The position numbers and the translations under genes are program-made. From an uncultured Nitrososphaerota archaeon (lineage in GTDB: Archaea > Thermoproteota > Nitrososphaeria > Nitrososphaerales > Gagatemarchaeaceae), in NCBI GenBank assembly GCA_963718895.1, contig CAVRAG010000008.1, positions 1,344,001-1,408,000 of the forward strand: a DNA stretch of 64,000 nucleotides. The letters are read 5' to 3'. Below, piece after piece: positions 36,810 through 46,740 of this stretch (its first letter is position 1; every line of letters starts with the position of its first letter). The notes beneath the pieces are model-generated. The model had not been told where the DNA came from, made no database searches, and worked only from the letters and a program-made list of their open reading frames with translations.

Positions 36810-37682
36810 CTACCTCAGCCAGTCGCGCAATCTCTTCACTACGCTGAGCTTGTAGTCGTCGGTGCCTGACACATACGGGTATGCCACCGGTGAGTCCACG
36901 CCGGCTTCCCTGAACCTCTCCAGGAGCTCGCGCACCTGCCCCTGGGTCGGGTTGGACAACGAGATTTCCGAAACCTCGCCCCACGTGTCTGGGTCGGAGA
37001 CCTCTCGGCGGTTCCTGAAAGCCTCCAGAGAGCTGCTGATCCTCATCGCCTCGAACATCTTGTGGTATTGCGGGAGGGAGTCGTAGTTCACGAACTCGTC
37101 GGCCAGCATTCGGCGCGACTCGTTTTCATCCTCTGCGAAGAAGAGCTTGACATAGCAGGCAATTCTGAAGCCGTCCTTCTTCCTGCCCGCCACCCTCGAG
37201 ATGACGCTCGAGGCGTATCCGGGAGAACAGAAGTTGAGGAGGACGCCATCGGCGTTCTCAAACGCGGCCCGCACCATTCTGGGGCCGAGCGCGGCAAAGT
37301 AGACCGGCATCCGTGGGGTCTTCGGGTAACTGGCCCGCAGCCTCCTTGTGAGGTCAACCAGCTGGTCCACGGCAGCCCGCCCCACGAGGGGACCGGTGCC
37401 CACCCCGAGGATGAACCTGTCCTGGGAGCCCTGGCTCAGCGTGTCGCCGCGACTCGCAAGCTGGCCGAGGTCCTGCTCGTGCAGCCTTATCACGCCGGTG
37501 CCTGCGTTCAGTCTTCTGCTCGCGCCGAGTGCAAGACCGCACATGTCTAGGGCGTCGAAGCGCGCGCCAACCGAAGGAAACCACACTGCAGAGAAGGAGG
37601 AATCGAATTCCGGGACGATGCTGAGTATCAGGTGTGGGGGAAAGACCGTCGACCTGATGGCGATGCCTGCTTCTGCTTTCAC
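36810..37682 (-). CDS. LLM-class flavin/F420-dependent oxidoreductase
   Basis: GTGV, RFILGVGTG, AALGPRM...A...ADGVLLN. Confidence 0.85.
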   Translation of the reverse strand: MKAEAGIAIRSTVFPPHLILSIVPEFDSSFSAVWFPSVGARFDALDMCGLALGASRRLNAGTGVIRLHEQDLGQLASRGDTLSQGSQDRFILGVGTGPLVGRAAVDQLVDLTRRLRASYPKTPRMPVYFAALGPRMVRAAFENADGVLLNFCSPGYASSVISRVAGRKKDGFRIACYVKLFFAEDENESRRMLADEFVNYDSLPQYHKMFEAMRISSSLEAFRNRREVSDPDTWGEVSEISLSNPTQGQVRELLERFREAGVDSPVAYPYVSGTDDYKLSVVKRLRDWLR

Positions 37683-37771
37683 GGGTGCGTTCGTTCGTAT
37701 CGCGTGTAAAAAACTGTCGGAGACGACCCCGCACTCGTCAAGCGGCCATCGTTGCCCAGCGCGCCATCCGC

Positions 37772-37942
37772 TCAGTCGTCTTCTTCGTCGTTTTCTGCTA
37801 CGATCTCCGTGACCTTGCGAATCCGCTTTATCCGCCCGGCTGGCTGAGTATCTGGCAACGCGTCCTTGACCGCGCTTCGACGAGGCTCTTCCACCGCGCC
37901 TTTCTTGCGTCTTGATCTGGGTCCTACGCGCGACACGCTCAT
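37772..37942 (-). CDS. Small basic protein with acidic tail, 56 aa (not in ORF track)
   Basis: MSVSRVGPRSRRKKGAVEEPRRSAVKDALPDTQPAGRIKRIRKVTEIVAENDEEDD*; TTAAAATA about 23-30 nt upstream of the ATG. Confidence 0.6.
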   Translation of the reverse strand: MSVSRVGPRSRRKKGAVEEPRRSAVKDALPDTQPAGRIKRIRKVTEIVAENDEEDD

Positions 37943-38157
37943 GTTTACCGCCGATGGTCAGAGATATTTTAAGGCATAGATTCCCTATTCCGGGCCATCC
38001 AAGGAGAGGCGGTTTGAGCTAACGCGCCTCGTCAGAGGTCGAGGATTCGAACGGCCCGGTGACGGAATTCATGCGCGTCTAGGTCTACGCAAAGCAGATA
38101 ACGGTCTGGCGTAGATTGGTAGATGTAGCATAACAATTGCAGAAGGCCTCATCGAGT

Positions 38158-39138
38158 TTGGTCGCGGAATCTGACAGGTCGCGTTCGGACGGCTGCAGGC
38201 TCGGGGTCTCGTACGGCAATGAATCGGAGCTCTATTCCTTCCCATATCCCCACCCGATGAACAAGTCAAGGATTGAGCCGTTCGCGGAGTGGCTTGGCTC
38301 TGCCAAGGGGATAGAGATAGTCAAGCCCGTCCCCTCGAGCGAGGAAGACCTCCTCCTCTTCCACACCCCCGAGTACGTGAGCTTCGTTAGGGAGTCATCC
38401 CGGTTCGGCGAGGGGTTCCTCGACCACGCTGACACCCCGTCCTTCAAGGGAGTCTATGAGGCCTCCCTGATTCCCGTGGGCAGCACCCTGGATGGGATGA
38501 GAATGGTCATCGAAGGCAGGCTGGACCACTTCTTCAACCCGGTCGGCGGCCTGCACCACGCCAGGGAAGGGAGAGCCGGAGGGTTCTGCGTCTTCAACGA
38601 CGCGGCCATAGCGATTCGGAAAGCCCTCTCGCTCCCAGAGATCAAGAGGGTCGCCTACGTCGACATCGACGCCCACCACGGGGACGGCGTATTCTACGGG
38701 TTCGAGTCGGAACCACGCGCAATCATAGCGGACATCCACGAAGACGGCCGCTTTCTGTATCCGGGCACCGGAGGGGCGAGCGAGAACGGGCGGGGAGAGG
38801 CCGCGGGGACGAAGCTGAACATCCCTCTCGAGCCCGGAGCTGGCGACCCTGAGTTCATCGAGGCGTTCAAGAAGGTCGAGGAGTTCGTAGGCAGCTTCAG
38901 GCCCGGTCTCATCCTCCTGCAGTGCGGGGCCGACGGATTAGGAGGGGATCCCCTCGCGCACCTGGAGTACTCGTCCGCGGCGCACGCGTACGCATCGAGC
39001 AGATTGCACCGCCTGGCCCACGAAGTGTGCGGCGGAAGGATCCTTGCCATGGGCGGAGGAGGGTACGACCCCGCCAACGTGAAGGCCGCCTGGTCGGCGG
39101 TTGTGGGTGCGCTATCAGTTCCGGGGAGACCGCGGTAG
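38158..39138 (+). CDS. Histone deacetylase family protein (AcuC-like)
   Basis: GGLHHA, GFCVFND, DIDAHHGDG, YPGTG, GAD...DPL, GGGGY. Confidence 0.93.
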   Translation: MVAESDRSRSDGCRLGVSYGNESELYSFPYPHPMNKSRIEPFAEWLGSAKGIEIVKPVPSSEEDLLLFHTPEYVSFVRESSRFGEGFLDHADTPSFKGVYEASLIPVGSTLDGMRMVIEGRLDHFFNPVGGLHHAREGRAGGFCVFNDAAIAIRKALSLPEIKRVAYVDIDAHHGDGVFYGFESEPRAIIADIHEDGRFLYPGTGGASENGRGEAAGTKLNIPLEPGAGDPEFIEAFKKVEEFVGSFRPGLILLQCGADGLGGDPLAHLEYSSAAHAYASSRLHRLAHEVCGGRILAMGGGGYDPANVKAAWSAVVGALSVPGRPR

Positions 39139-39147
39139 CCTCCCGGG

Positions 39148-39918
39148 TCAGCTGATCACTTTTCTGAACTGGTACAACGTCGCGGCGAAGGCGACGATCG
39201 CGATGACCCCAATCACGGTGTAACCTGAGATGAGGGTGCTCCAGGTCAGCCCGCCCTGGACCAGGGCCCGGGTCACGTCAGAGGCGTAGCTAACCGGGTT
39301 GTACATTGAGATGGTCTGCGCCCACGATGGGAAGAAATCGCTCGGGAACATCGCGCTGCTCACGAAGATGAGCGGGAAGAAGACCACGCTTCCTATCGCT
39401 GAGATGGTCTCGGTCTTCCTGGTCCTCATCCCAACGACGAGGAATATGCCAGACAGCGCCAACTCGAAGAACGCTACGGTCACGAGGATGAGCAGAACAC
39501 CCGGAAGCCCCGTGGCGATGGTCACGCCCATCGCGATGGCGACGGCCAGCGTGATTACCGACTGGCCCAGCACAACGATCACGTCAGTCAGCAGCCGGCC
39601 CAGCAGGATTGCAGACCTGCTGACCTGGGTCAAGAGCATCTTCGAGAGGAAACCCGAATTCAGGTCGTTCACGATCGAGACCCCCGCTAGGGTCGCTCCG
39701 GTCATCGCGTTTAGCACGACTATTCCAGGCGTGAGATAGGTGAGGTAGCTCCCTGAGACGCCGGGGAATATGCTGAGCTTCTGGAGAAGCTGTGAGAAGA
39801 GGAAGAGGAAGAGCAGGGGTGTGACGAGGTTAGTTGCCAGAAGGGTCGGGTTCCTGAAGAGCTTCGTCAGATATCTCTGCAGAAGTGATTCTACGTCGTA
39901 GAAGAGGGTCAAAGCCAT
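39148..39918 (-). CDS. ABC-2 type exporter permease (DrrB-like)
   Basis: Six TM segments; YL.PG, D...G, NP.SY. Confidence 0.9.
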   Translation of the reverse strand: MALTLFYDVESLLQRYLTKLFRNPTLLATNLVTPLLFLFLFSQLLQKLSIFPGVSGSYLTYLTPGIVVLNAMTGATLAGVSIVNDLNSGFLSKMLLTQVSRSAILLGRLLTDVIVVLGQSVITLAVAIAMGVTIATGLPGVLLILVTVAFFELALSGIFLVVGMRTRKTETISAIGSVVFFPLIFVSSAMFPSDFFPSWAQTISMYNPVSYASDVTRALVQGGLTWSTLISGYTVIGVIAIVAFAATLYQFRKVIS

Positions 39919-39922
39919 CGCC

Positions 39923-40919
39923 TCACATCAGGAAGGGCTCGCTTTCCTTCTTGCCCAGCTCCTCCGCCCTGATCCTCCTGCCCGTCTGACGAAGGAAGAT
40001 GTCATCGAGGGTCGGAGAGGAGATGCTGAGAGAGGCCGGGCGGATGCCGTTCTTGTCCAGCGTCGTGATGACATCGGCGATTATCTGACCCGCGTTCTTG
40101 GTGTAGGCAACAACGCCTTCCTCGGAGTCCACCACCCGGGTGATGCCCTGGACAGTGACCAGGATTTCCCTCGTCCTCGACCTCAGGATGGTGTCGGTCG
40201 CGTCCTTCAAAGCCAGGGTTATCGTGTCCCCTCCTACAGCCTGCTTGAGCTCAGAAGGCGACCCTCTCGCGATGATCTTGCCGTGGTCGATTATCGAGAG
40301 CTCTCTGCAGAGCCGGTCGGCCTCTTCCAAGTACTGGGTTGTCAGGAAGACCGTTACGCCCTGCTCCCTGTTAAGCTGGTCCAGGTAGTCCCATATCGCC
40401 GCCCGGGACTGGGTGTCCAGCCCTGTGGTAGGCTCGTCCAGGAAGAGCAGCTTGGGATTGTGAATCAGAGCCGAGGCCAGGTCCAGTCTCTTTCTCATTC
40501 CGCCCGAGTAGCGACCCGCGGGTTTGTCCGCGACGTCTTCGAGTTGCACCGTCTTCAACAGCTCCTCAACCCGCCCCTCGAGGACGCTCCCGTGGAGCTG
40601 CTGCAGACGTCCCTGGAGGCGCAGGTTCTCCTTTCCCGTGAGGTCGACGTCCAGCGTCGTCTCCTGGCTCAGGACGCCGATGGCCCTGCGGATCTCCCTG
40701 GTGGACTGGTCGAGGTCGAAACCGGCGACCGAGACCTTGCCTGAGGTCTTCCTGAGCAGGGTGGTCAGCGTCTTGATCGTGGTGCTCTTCCCCGCTCCGT
40801 TGGGACCCAGAAAGCCGAAGAACTCGCGCTCCCTCATACCGAACGAGGTGCCGTCGACGGCACGAGTGCCATCGGGATAGACTACGATGAGGATCCTCGA
40901 CCCTGATTATGTCTTCCAA
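39923..40919 (-). CDS. ABC exporter ATPase (DrrA-like), frameshift at about 40892 near the 5' end
   Basis: GPNGAGKS, YSGGM, LDEPT, TTQY; N-terminus MEDIIRVED joins LIVVYPDGTRAVDG only after removing one base. Confidence 0.88.
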
Positions 40920-40954
40920 GCCACTTCTCGCCTCTGAGTACGCCCCAGAGGTGA

Positions 40955-40990
40955 GTTATTTAAACTTAGAGTGCTCTAATCTAATTAGAG
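40955..40990 (-). promoter_or_regulatory. TATA box with adjacent overlapping palindromes (candidate operator)
   Basis: TTTAAATA on the minus strand; TTAGAG-TG-CTCTAA (40966-40979) and CTCTAAT-CTA-ATTAGAG (40974-40990). Confidence 0.65.
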
Positions 40991-41234
40991 CCATCTACAT
41001 TATTACGAGTATTCTAAACCATCGAATGACGCTCGCGACCGGTTCCTGCCTCATCGCAAGCGTGGGCCTGGTCACGCGGGAATACCAAAAAGAGACTTGC
41101 GATTGGATAAGCGTTTGGGCGCGTGCGCGTCTCTCCTAGGGAGTTGGCTGACCGTGCGGTCGCACAAAGGGCCGGCTCCTGCCTTCTCTGCTAGCAGAAG
41201 TTATATTATTCACCGGCGAAATCTTCCGAGCGAC

Positions 41235-42593
41235 TTGCAGGCAAAGGACTCTAGAATCGACACCGGCCTCCTGGAGCACATGTTCTTGGATTTCATGCAG
41301 ATGAAGGAATTCGCCAAAGATCCTGTCGTGATGAAGAGGGCCAGCGGCGTCTGGTATGAGGACATCTATGGCAAGAAGTATCTCGACGGAATCTCTGGAA
41401 TATTCACCGTAAACGTCGGCCACGGCAATCGGAGGGTGATCGAGGCAATGAAGGAGCAGCTTGAGGAGATGGCTTTCGCCCCTCCCCTTCACTCCACCAA
41501 CCTCCGGGCCCTTGAGCTGGCGAAACTCGTCTCGTCGCTCATGCCCGGGGACCTGCACACTCTGAAGTTCTTCAGTGGGGGTTCGGAATCCACCGAGGCT
41601 GCGATGAAGCTCGCGAGGCAGTATCACAAACAGACTGGGAATCCGGGGAAGTACAAGGTAATCTCGCGCTACGAATCCTATCATGGAGCCACGATGGGAT
41701 CGCTGGCCGCTTCGGGCGTCTCCAGGAGGAAGACCGCCTTCGAGCCGTTCGGAGCAGGCTATGTGCACGTCTTCCCGCCCACATGCTATCGCTGCCCCTA
41801 CGGCCTCCAATACCCCGAGTGCGGCATCCTCTGTGCAACCATCGTCGAGAAGGTGGTCAAGCAGGAAGATCCGTCGACGGTGTCCGCGATGATCCTAGAG
41901 CCTATCGGGAACACCGGGGGCGTCGTCACTCCTCCCTACGAATACTTCAAGATTATCAGAGAGATTTGTGATAAATATAACATACTCCTCATCCACGACG
42001 AAATAATCACTGGTTTCGGCAGGACCGGCGAGATGTTCGCCTCCCAGACCTTCAGGACAACCCCAGACATCATCTGCATGGGCAAGGGCATGTCGAGCGG
42101 ATACGCGCCGGTGGGCGCGATAGGAATAAGCGACAGAGTGGCGGAGGCGTTCTACGGCCGAGGGGAAGAGAACAGGCAGTTCAACCACGGGCACACCTTC
42201 GGAGCCAATCCCCTGTCCGCCGCCGCGGCAATCGCCAGCATAAGCGAGATCAAGGAGCGTGATCTCCCGGAGAAGGGAAAGAGGGCGGGTGAGAGGATCT
42301 GGCGCAGGCTGGAGGAACTCAAGAGTCTCGGGATAGTCGGTGACATTCGTGGCAAGGGGCTGTTCATAGGGGTGGAGTTCGTCAGGGAGCCCGCTACGAA
42401 GGAGCAGTTCGCCGAAGGCGTCAACCTCGGCCTCAGGATAGGCAAGGCCGCGCTCAAGAAAGGCCTGTTTCTCAGGAGCGATCCTCACTGGATTGCGTTC
42501 GCGCCTCCCCTGATCATCACGGATGAGGAAGTCGATACGATGATGGACATCTTCTCAGAATCGACGAGAGAGGTCCTCGCCACCGTAAAATGA
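41235..42593 (+). CDS. Class III (omega-type) aminotransferase
   Basis: YLDG.SG, GGSE..E.A.K, SYHG.T, DEIITGFGRTG, MGKG, GHTF; TTG 41235 with TTATATTA upstream. Confidence 0.92.
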   Translation: MQAKDSRIDTGLLEHMFLDFMQMKEFAKDPVVMKRASGVWYEDIYGKKYLDGISGIFTVNVGHGNRRVIEAMKEQLEEMAFAPPLHSTNLRALELAKLVSSLMPGDLHTLKFFSGGSESTEAAMKLARQYHKQTGNPGKYKVISRYESYHGATMGSLAASGVSRRKTAFEPFGAGYVHVFPPTCYRCPYGLQYPECGILCATIVEKVVKQEDPSTVSAMILEPIGNTGGVVTPPYEYFKIIREICDKYNILLIHDEIITGFGRTGEMFASQTFRTTPDIICMGKGMSSGYAPVGAIGISDRVAEAFYGRGEENRQFNHGHTFGANPLSAAAAIASISEIKERDLPEKGKRAGERIWRRLEELKSLGIVGDIRGKGLFIGVEFVREPATKEQFAEGVNLGLRIGKAALKKGLFLRSDPHWIAFAPPLIITDEEVDTMMDIFSESTREVLATVK

Positions 42594-42759
42594 CGGCGCT
42601 GTCCGAAGAGACGCCTCCGCGGACCGGCTGAGAGTCTTCGGCGCCAGGCGCGGTCAAGGCCTGGGTCACCCCGGTCGGAGCCGACATTGTCAAGTGAAAC
42701 CCCGGCGTTGAATCTTTAGCCGAGCATCTTTTTGTAACCGGCACAGGCTGGGTACCCCA

Positions 42760-43782
42760 TTGAAAGCGGTGGTCAAGCAGGCGCGAGGCGACGGCTTCGT
42801 CGAGCTTTGTGAGGTTCCGGAACCAGAGCTGGAGGATGGAAGCGTCATCCTGAGGGTCGGCGCGGCCGGAATCTGTGGCAGCGACATCCAGATACTGCAC
42901 GACCGCTTTCAGGGTTACATCGTCCCGGTCATCCTGGGCCATGAGTTCGCGGGGACGATAGAGAGCGTGGGTCGTGGTGTTTCAAACCTTGCACCGGGAG
43001 ATAGGGTCGTCTCAGAGACGCACGCAATAGTCTGCAACGAATGCGTCTACTGCCGCACCGGCATCTACAACCTCTGTCCCCAGAGAAAGGGGTTCGGATA
43101 TGGGACGAACGGCGCGTTTGCGAAGCTCGTCCGCGTCAGAAAGGCGATAGTCCACATACTGCCGGAGGAGATTCCGGTGAGGGAGGCCGCGCTTCTCGAG
43201 CCGGTGTCCGTCGCGCTAAACGCGCTGACCCGAAACTCGCACGTCTATCCTGGGGAGTCGGTTCTTGTCATCGGTCCGGGTCCGATAGGTTTGTTCTGCC
43301 TCCAGGTCGCGAGGCTCTCCGGAGGTCGGGTGACGGTCGTCGGAACAGAGCGAAGCAGGCCGCGCCTCGACCTTGCTTCACGGCTGGGTGCCGTGAGAAC
43401 CTTGGTCGACCGCGAGCTCGGCCAGGGAATCGAGGATGGCTCCCTTCGTAATTCGTTCGACGTCACCGTGGTCGCCGCCGGCAATGCGGCGTCCTTCGAA
43501 CTGGGTCTCAGGACGACGCGGGCTGGAGGCAGAGTTGTCTACGTCGGGGAGACCACGGAGAACGCGTCGTTCCCACTGTCTCTGATCGAAAGGAAGAACA
43601 TCACGGTCCACGGCTCTTTCAGTCACAACTGGCCGATCTGGGAGAGCGCGATCTCGCTTGTACAACATGGCTCGATAGACGTGCGCTCCCTGATCACTCA
43701 CGAATTCGGTCTCTCCGACTGGAGGACCGCGTTCGAGACGGCCGAGAGCAGAAAGGGCGCGAAGATTCTCCTGAAACCCTAG
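42760..43782 (+). CDS. Zn-dependent MDR alcohol dehydrogenase (sorbitol/threonine DH-like)
   Basis: GICGSD, GHEFAG, C..C..C.......C, GPGPIG. Confidence 0.92.
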   Translation: MKAVVKQARGDGFVELCEVPEPELEDGSVILRVGAAGICGSDIQILHDRFQGYIVPVILGHEFAGTIESVGRGVSNLAPGDRVVSETHAIVCNECVYCRTGIYNLCPQRKGFGYGTNGAFAKLVRVRKAIVHILPEEIPVREAALLEPVSVALNALTRNSHVYPGESVLVIGPGPIGLFCLQVARLSGGRVTVVGTERSRPRLDLASRLGAVRTLVDRELGQGIEDGSLRNSFDVTVVAAGNAASFELGLRTTRAGGRVVYVGETTENASFPLSLIERKNITVHGSFSHNWPIWESAISLVQHGSIDVRSLITHEFGLSDWRTAFETAESRKGAKILLKP

Positions 43783-43804
43783 GAAGAGAACCACCCGGGA
43801 ATCT

Positions 43805-45130
43805 TCAGTACTTCAGGTGATACTGGGAGATGGCGAGCTCTGCCAACCCGACATCCTCGAGCGAGCGCAGCGGAGCCTGGATCGAGACCTGCACCATCCC
43901 CGGGAGCCGCGCAATCTCGACGGCACCGGTGATGGTCACCCTGTTCCTGACCTCCTCGACCGTCATTCCCAGAAGCTTCGCGGCCCTCAGGAACCCATCC
44001 TGGGCTGCGTCGTTGATGTTGGGTCCGGAGCCGAACACCTGGATCGGGGCGACTGGTTCTGGCTCGATCCCGAACCGCCTCGAGAGACTTCGGACGTTCT
44101 CCCATTCATCGCGTCTCCAGGGCCTGGCCAGCGGGGGAAGGTCCTGTTCGAGGGGGAAGAGCAGGGGGCCGTCGAGCGGGAGGCGCTTTATCACGGAGAC
44201 GCTGACTGTGCTCTCGGTGCTGACATCGGTCGTATGGCCCGCAACCTCACCGTCGCCTTCCATTGCGTGCCCGTCGCCTGCGTAGACACCCGCTCCCTTC
44301 ACCTTTACCGGTGCCACCAGGACGGCGCCTTCCTTGATCGCATCACAGTCGGTATGTCCGTCCGTCAGCTTTGACTTCCACTGTTCTCTGTCGAGCTTGT
44401 ACTGATGGGGCGCATCAATCAGGTAGTAGCCGAAGTCCTTCGCATTGTGCGAATCTGGCGTGTTCACGGCCGGGACGGTGCCCAACTGTCCCAGGAACGG
44501 GAACATCCTGGATGGAACCCCGACTATGTCGGCTACGCCGAAGGTCAGGATAGGTACCTGCTTTGAGTTCTTGGGAAGAGCGTGCCATGACCACGCCCTC
44601 TTTGCGATCTTCTCAGCGGTCCTCCTGTCGACTGTCACTCCGACGCCCGCCTTGTGGTCGAAGACCATCGTGTAGCCGTTGACCATCTTGAATGGAGATA
44701 TTGGAGTTCCGCATTTCTTGCAACGGATCGCCTCCTGGCCGATCCCTTCCACCACAAACTCCGGCCAGAGTTCCTTGCAGACGGGGCACTGTTTCGCCAC
44801 GTACGGGTCTCCGATGAAGCACCCCTCCCTTGACTCGTCGACGCCCACGCTCGCCGCTCTGGAGAGGACCCTGATCTTCTCCACCCTCAACGCGACCGCG
44901 TCTCCGACCTCCGCTCCCTCGATCGCCACCGGAGTGCAGACCTCGTGACCGCCCCGTATGGTGGGCGTTATCATCGGCCCCCAGCAACCCGGCGCAGTCT
45001 CGAAGACGATCCTTCCTCCATCCGCCAGCGGTCCGAGCATCCTGCTGGTCGGGCCTATGACCCCGTTCGTGAAGGTGTCGTCGTGGATTAGGTTTGCCGG
45101 CCTGGAACGTCTCGCCGTCCGGGTTTGCAT
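43805..45130 (-). CDS. Acetamidase/formamidase family protein
   Basis: PGCWGPMITP, GGHEV..PV..EGAE.GD, GD.HA.EGDGEVAGH. Confidence 0.88.
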   Translation of the reverse strand: MQTRTARRSRPANLIHDDTFTNGVIGPTSRMLGPLADGGRIVFETAPGCWGPMITPTIRGGHEVCTPVAIEGAEVGDAVALRVEKIRVLSRAASVGVDESREGCFIGDPYVAKQCPVCKELWPEFVVEGIGQEAIRCKKCGTPISPFKMVNGYTMVFDHKAGVGVTVDRRTAEKIAKRAWSWHALPKNSKQVPILTFGVADIVGVPSRMFPFLGQLGTVPAVNTPDSHNAKDFGYYLIDAPHQYKLDREQWKSKLTDGHTDCDAIKEGAVLVAPVKVKGAGVYAGDGHAMEGDGEVAGHTTDVSTESTVSVSVIKRLPLDGPLLFPLEQDLPPLARPWRRDEWENVRSLSRRFGIEPEPVAPIQVFGSGPNINDAAQDGFLRAAKLLGMTVEEVRNRVTITGAVEIARLPGMVQVSIQAPLRSLEDVGLAELAISQYHLKY

Positions 45131-45214
45131 GCGAGGAAATAGGCCCTCCGTTGTTTATCTACCTGTCGAGGGCGCTGGAGCAGCCGAGCCCTGCGAGCTG
45201 ATCTCTTGTTCTTT

Positions 45215-46585
45215 TCACCCGGCGGGGTTCTCTGCTTCCCGGTCGGAGACCTTCAGAGCCTCGTCCATCACGTCGATGGCGGTGTCCATCTGGTCCTTCG
45301 CTATGATGAGGGGAGGGGAGACGATGAGATGCGAGACGACACCCGTGTAGACGAAGACGCCCATGCCCATCATCTTCTCTGCAACCCTCTGGGTCATCAG
45401 GGTCTTCCCCCCGAGATAGTCCTCAGCGTAGTCGAACGGTTCCTTCGTCTTCCTGTTCTTTACGAGCTCTACAGCCCACAGGAGCCCTAGGCCGCGCACG
45501 TCCCCCACAGAGACGTGCCTCGCCTTCAGTTCTTCCAGCCTCTTGCCAAGGTACGCGCCTTGTTCCTTGGCCTTCGGGATGAGGTTCTCCTGCTGATACT
45601 CCTCGATCGCGGCGGTTCCCGCCGCCATTCCTAGGGGATGGGCGCTGAACGTCCCGGAGACCGGAAGCCAGTTCCGCTCGAAGAACTCCGCTATCTCGCC
45701 GCTCGTCGCCGTCAGCGACAGGGGGAACTGACCCCCTGTGATGCCCTTCGCCGTGGTCAGGATATCCGGCTTGACGCCCCAGTTGTTGACGGCGAACCAT
45801 TCTCCCGTCCTCCCCCAGCCGCACAGGACCTCGTCTGCGATCAGAAACGCGCCGTTCTTCTCGGTTATCTCCTTGACGCGTGGGAGGTACTCCTTCGGAG
45901 GGACGACCACGCCGCTCGCCCCGGTGACTGGTTCGAGGATCATCGCTCCCACGTTGCCTTCGTTCTTGATCGTGTAGTCGATGAACTCCGCGCATGCGAC
46001 GCCGCATTCAGGATACGTCAGGCCGAATGGGCACCTGTAGCAGTAGGGGTCTGGGACGTGGACCACGCCCGGAAATGCGCCTGTCGTCTCCACCGGGAAT
46101 CTTCGGGGACCCCCGGTGAGCTGGCTCGTCGCGGCCGTCCAGCCGTGGAAGGAGTTGTATCGCGAGACGATCTTTGTCTTGCCCTCCTTCTTGAAGAACG
46201 TCCTGACCATCCTGACGGCGGCCTCGTTCGCCTCGCTCCCGGAGTTGGCAAAGTTGTACTTTGTGAGGTTCTCGGGCAGTACCTCTTTCAGCTTCCTGGA
46301 GAATCTTGCACGGACGTCCGTCCCGAAGCCCACGCCGACGTAGGCGAGCTTGTCTGCCTGCTCCTTGATCGCGTCAATCACTCTCCTGTTGTTGTGACCG
46401 AGGTTGACCGCGGCGGGCTGCGAAGAGAAGTCGATGTACTTCCGGCCCTGTGCATCCTCAAGGAAGACTCCTTCCGCGCGGACCATGACCACGGGATTCC
46501 ATGTCGACTCCAGCCTGAAGCCGGAGTAGTTCGTGCTCTTCAGCAGATCTGCGTCGTCGTGTGACTGACCGTCAGGGAGCGTCAC
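45215..46585 (-). CDS. Class III aminotransferase (second paralogue)
   Basis: YIDFSSQ, NLGH, SGSEANE, SFHG, DEV..GWGRTG, TAKG. Confidence 0.92.
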   Translation of the reverse strand: MTLPDGQSHDDADLLKSTNYSGFRLESTWNPVVMVRAEGVFLEDAQGRKYIDFSSQPAAVNLGHNNRRVIDAIKEQADKLAYVGVGFGTDVRARFSRKLKEVLPENLTKYNFANSGSEANEAAVRMVRTFFKKEGKTKIVSRYNSFHGWTAATSQLTGGPRRFPVETTGAFPGVVHVPDPYCYRCPFGLTYPECGVACAEFIDYTIKNEGNVGAMILEPVTGASGVVVPPKEYLPRVKEITEKNGAFLIADEVLCGWGRTGEWFAVNNWGVKPDILTTAKGITGGQFPLSLTATSGEIAEFFERNWLPVSGTFSAHPLGMAAGTAAIEEYQQENLIPKAKEQGAYLGKRLEELKARHVSVGDVRGLGLLWAVELVKNRKTKEPFDYAEDYLGGKTLMTQRVAEKMMGMGVFVYTGVVSHLIVSPPLIIAKDQMDTAIDVMDEALKVSDREAENPAG

Positions 46586-46740
46586 GGGAGCCCGAGAGGT
46601 CCGGCGAGTTAAATGCGTTCCGTTAGAGCGGGGATGTCCGCGCCGGCCAGGGAGGGTCGTGCAAGAGAGCGGGACAGTGTCAGGGAAGCCAATGGTCGCG
46701 ACGCGCGGTACCCATAAATGGGATATCGGCTATCTCGGCT

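Noticed and set aside
38035-38056. GTTCGAATCCTC on the minus strand, tRNA-fragment-like
   Set aside because: T stem does not pair and no other tRNA arms are present
42594-42720. GC-rich hairpins between the aminotransferase and the Zn-ADH (CCGAAGA/TCTTCGG, GTCGG/CCGAC)
   Set aside because: Short stems are expected at this GC content and no known riboswitch consensus matches
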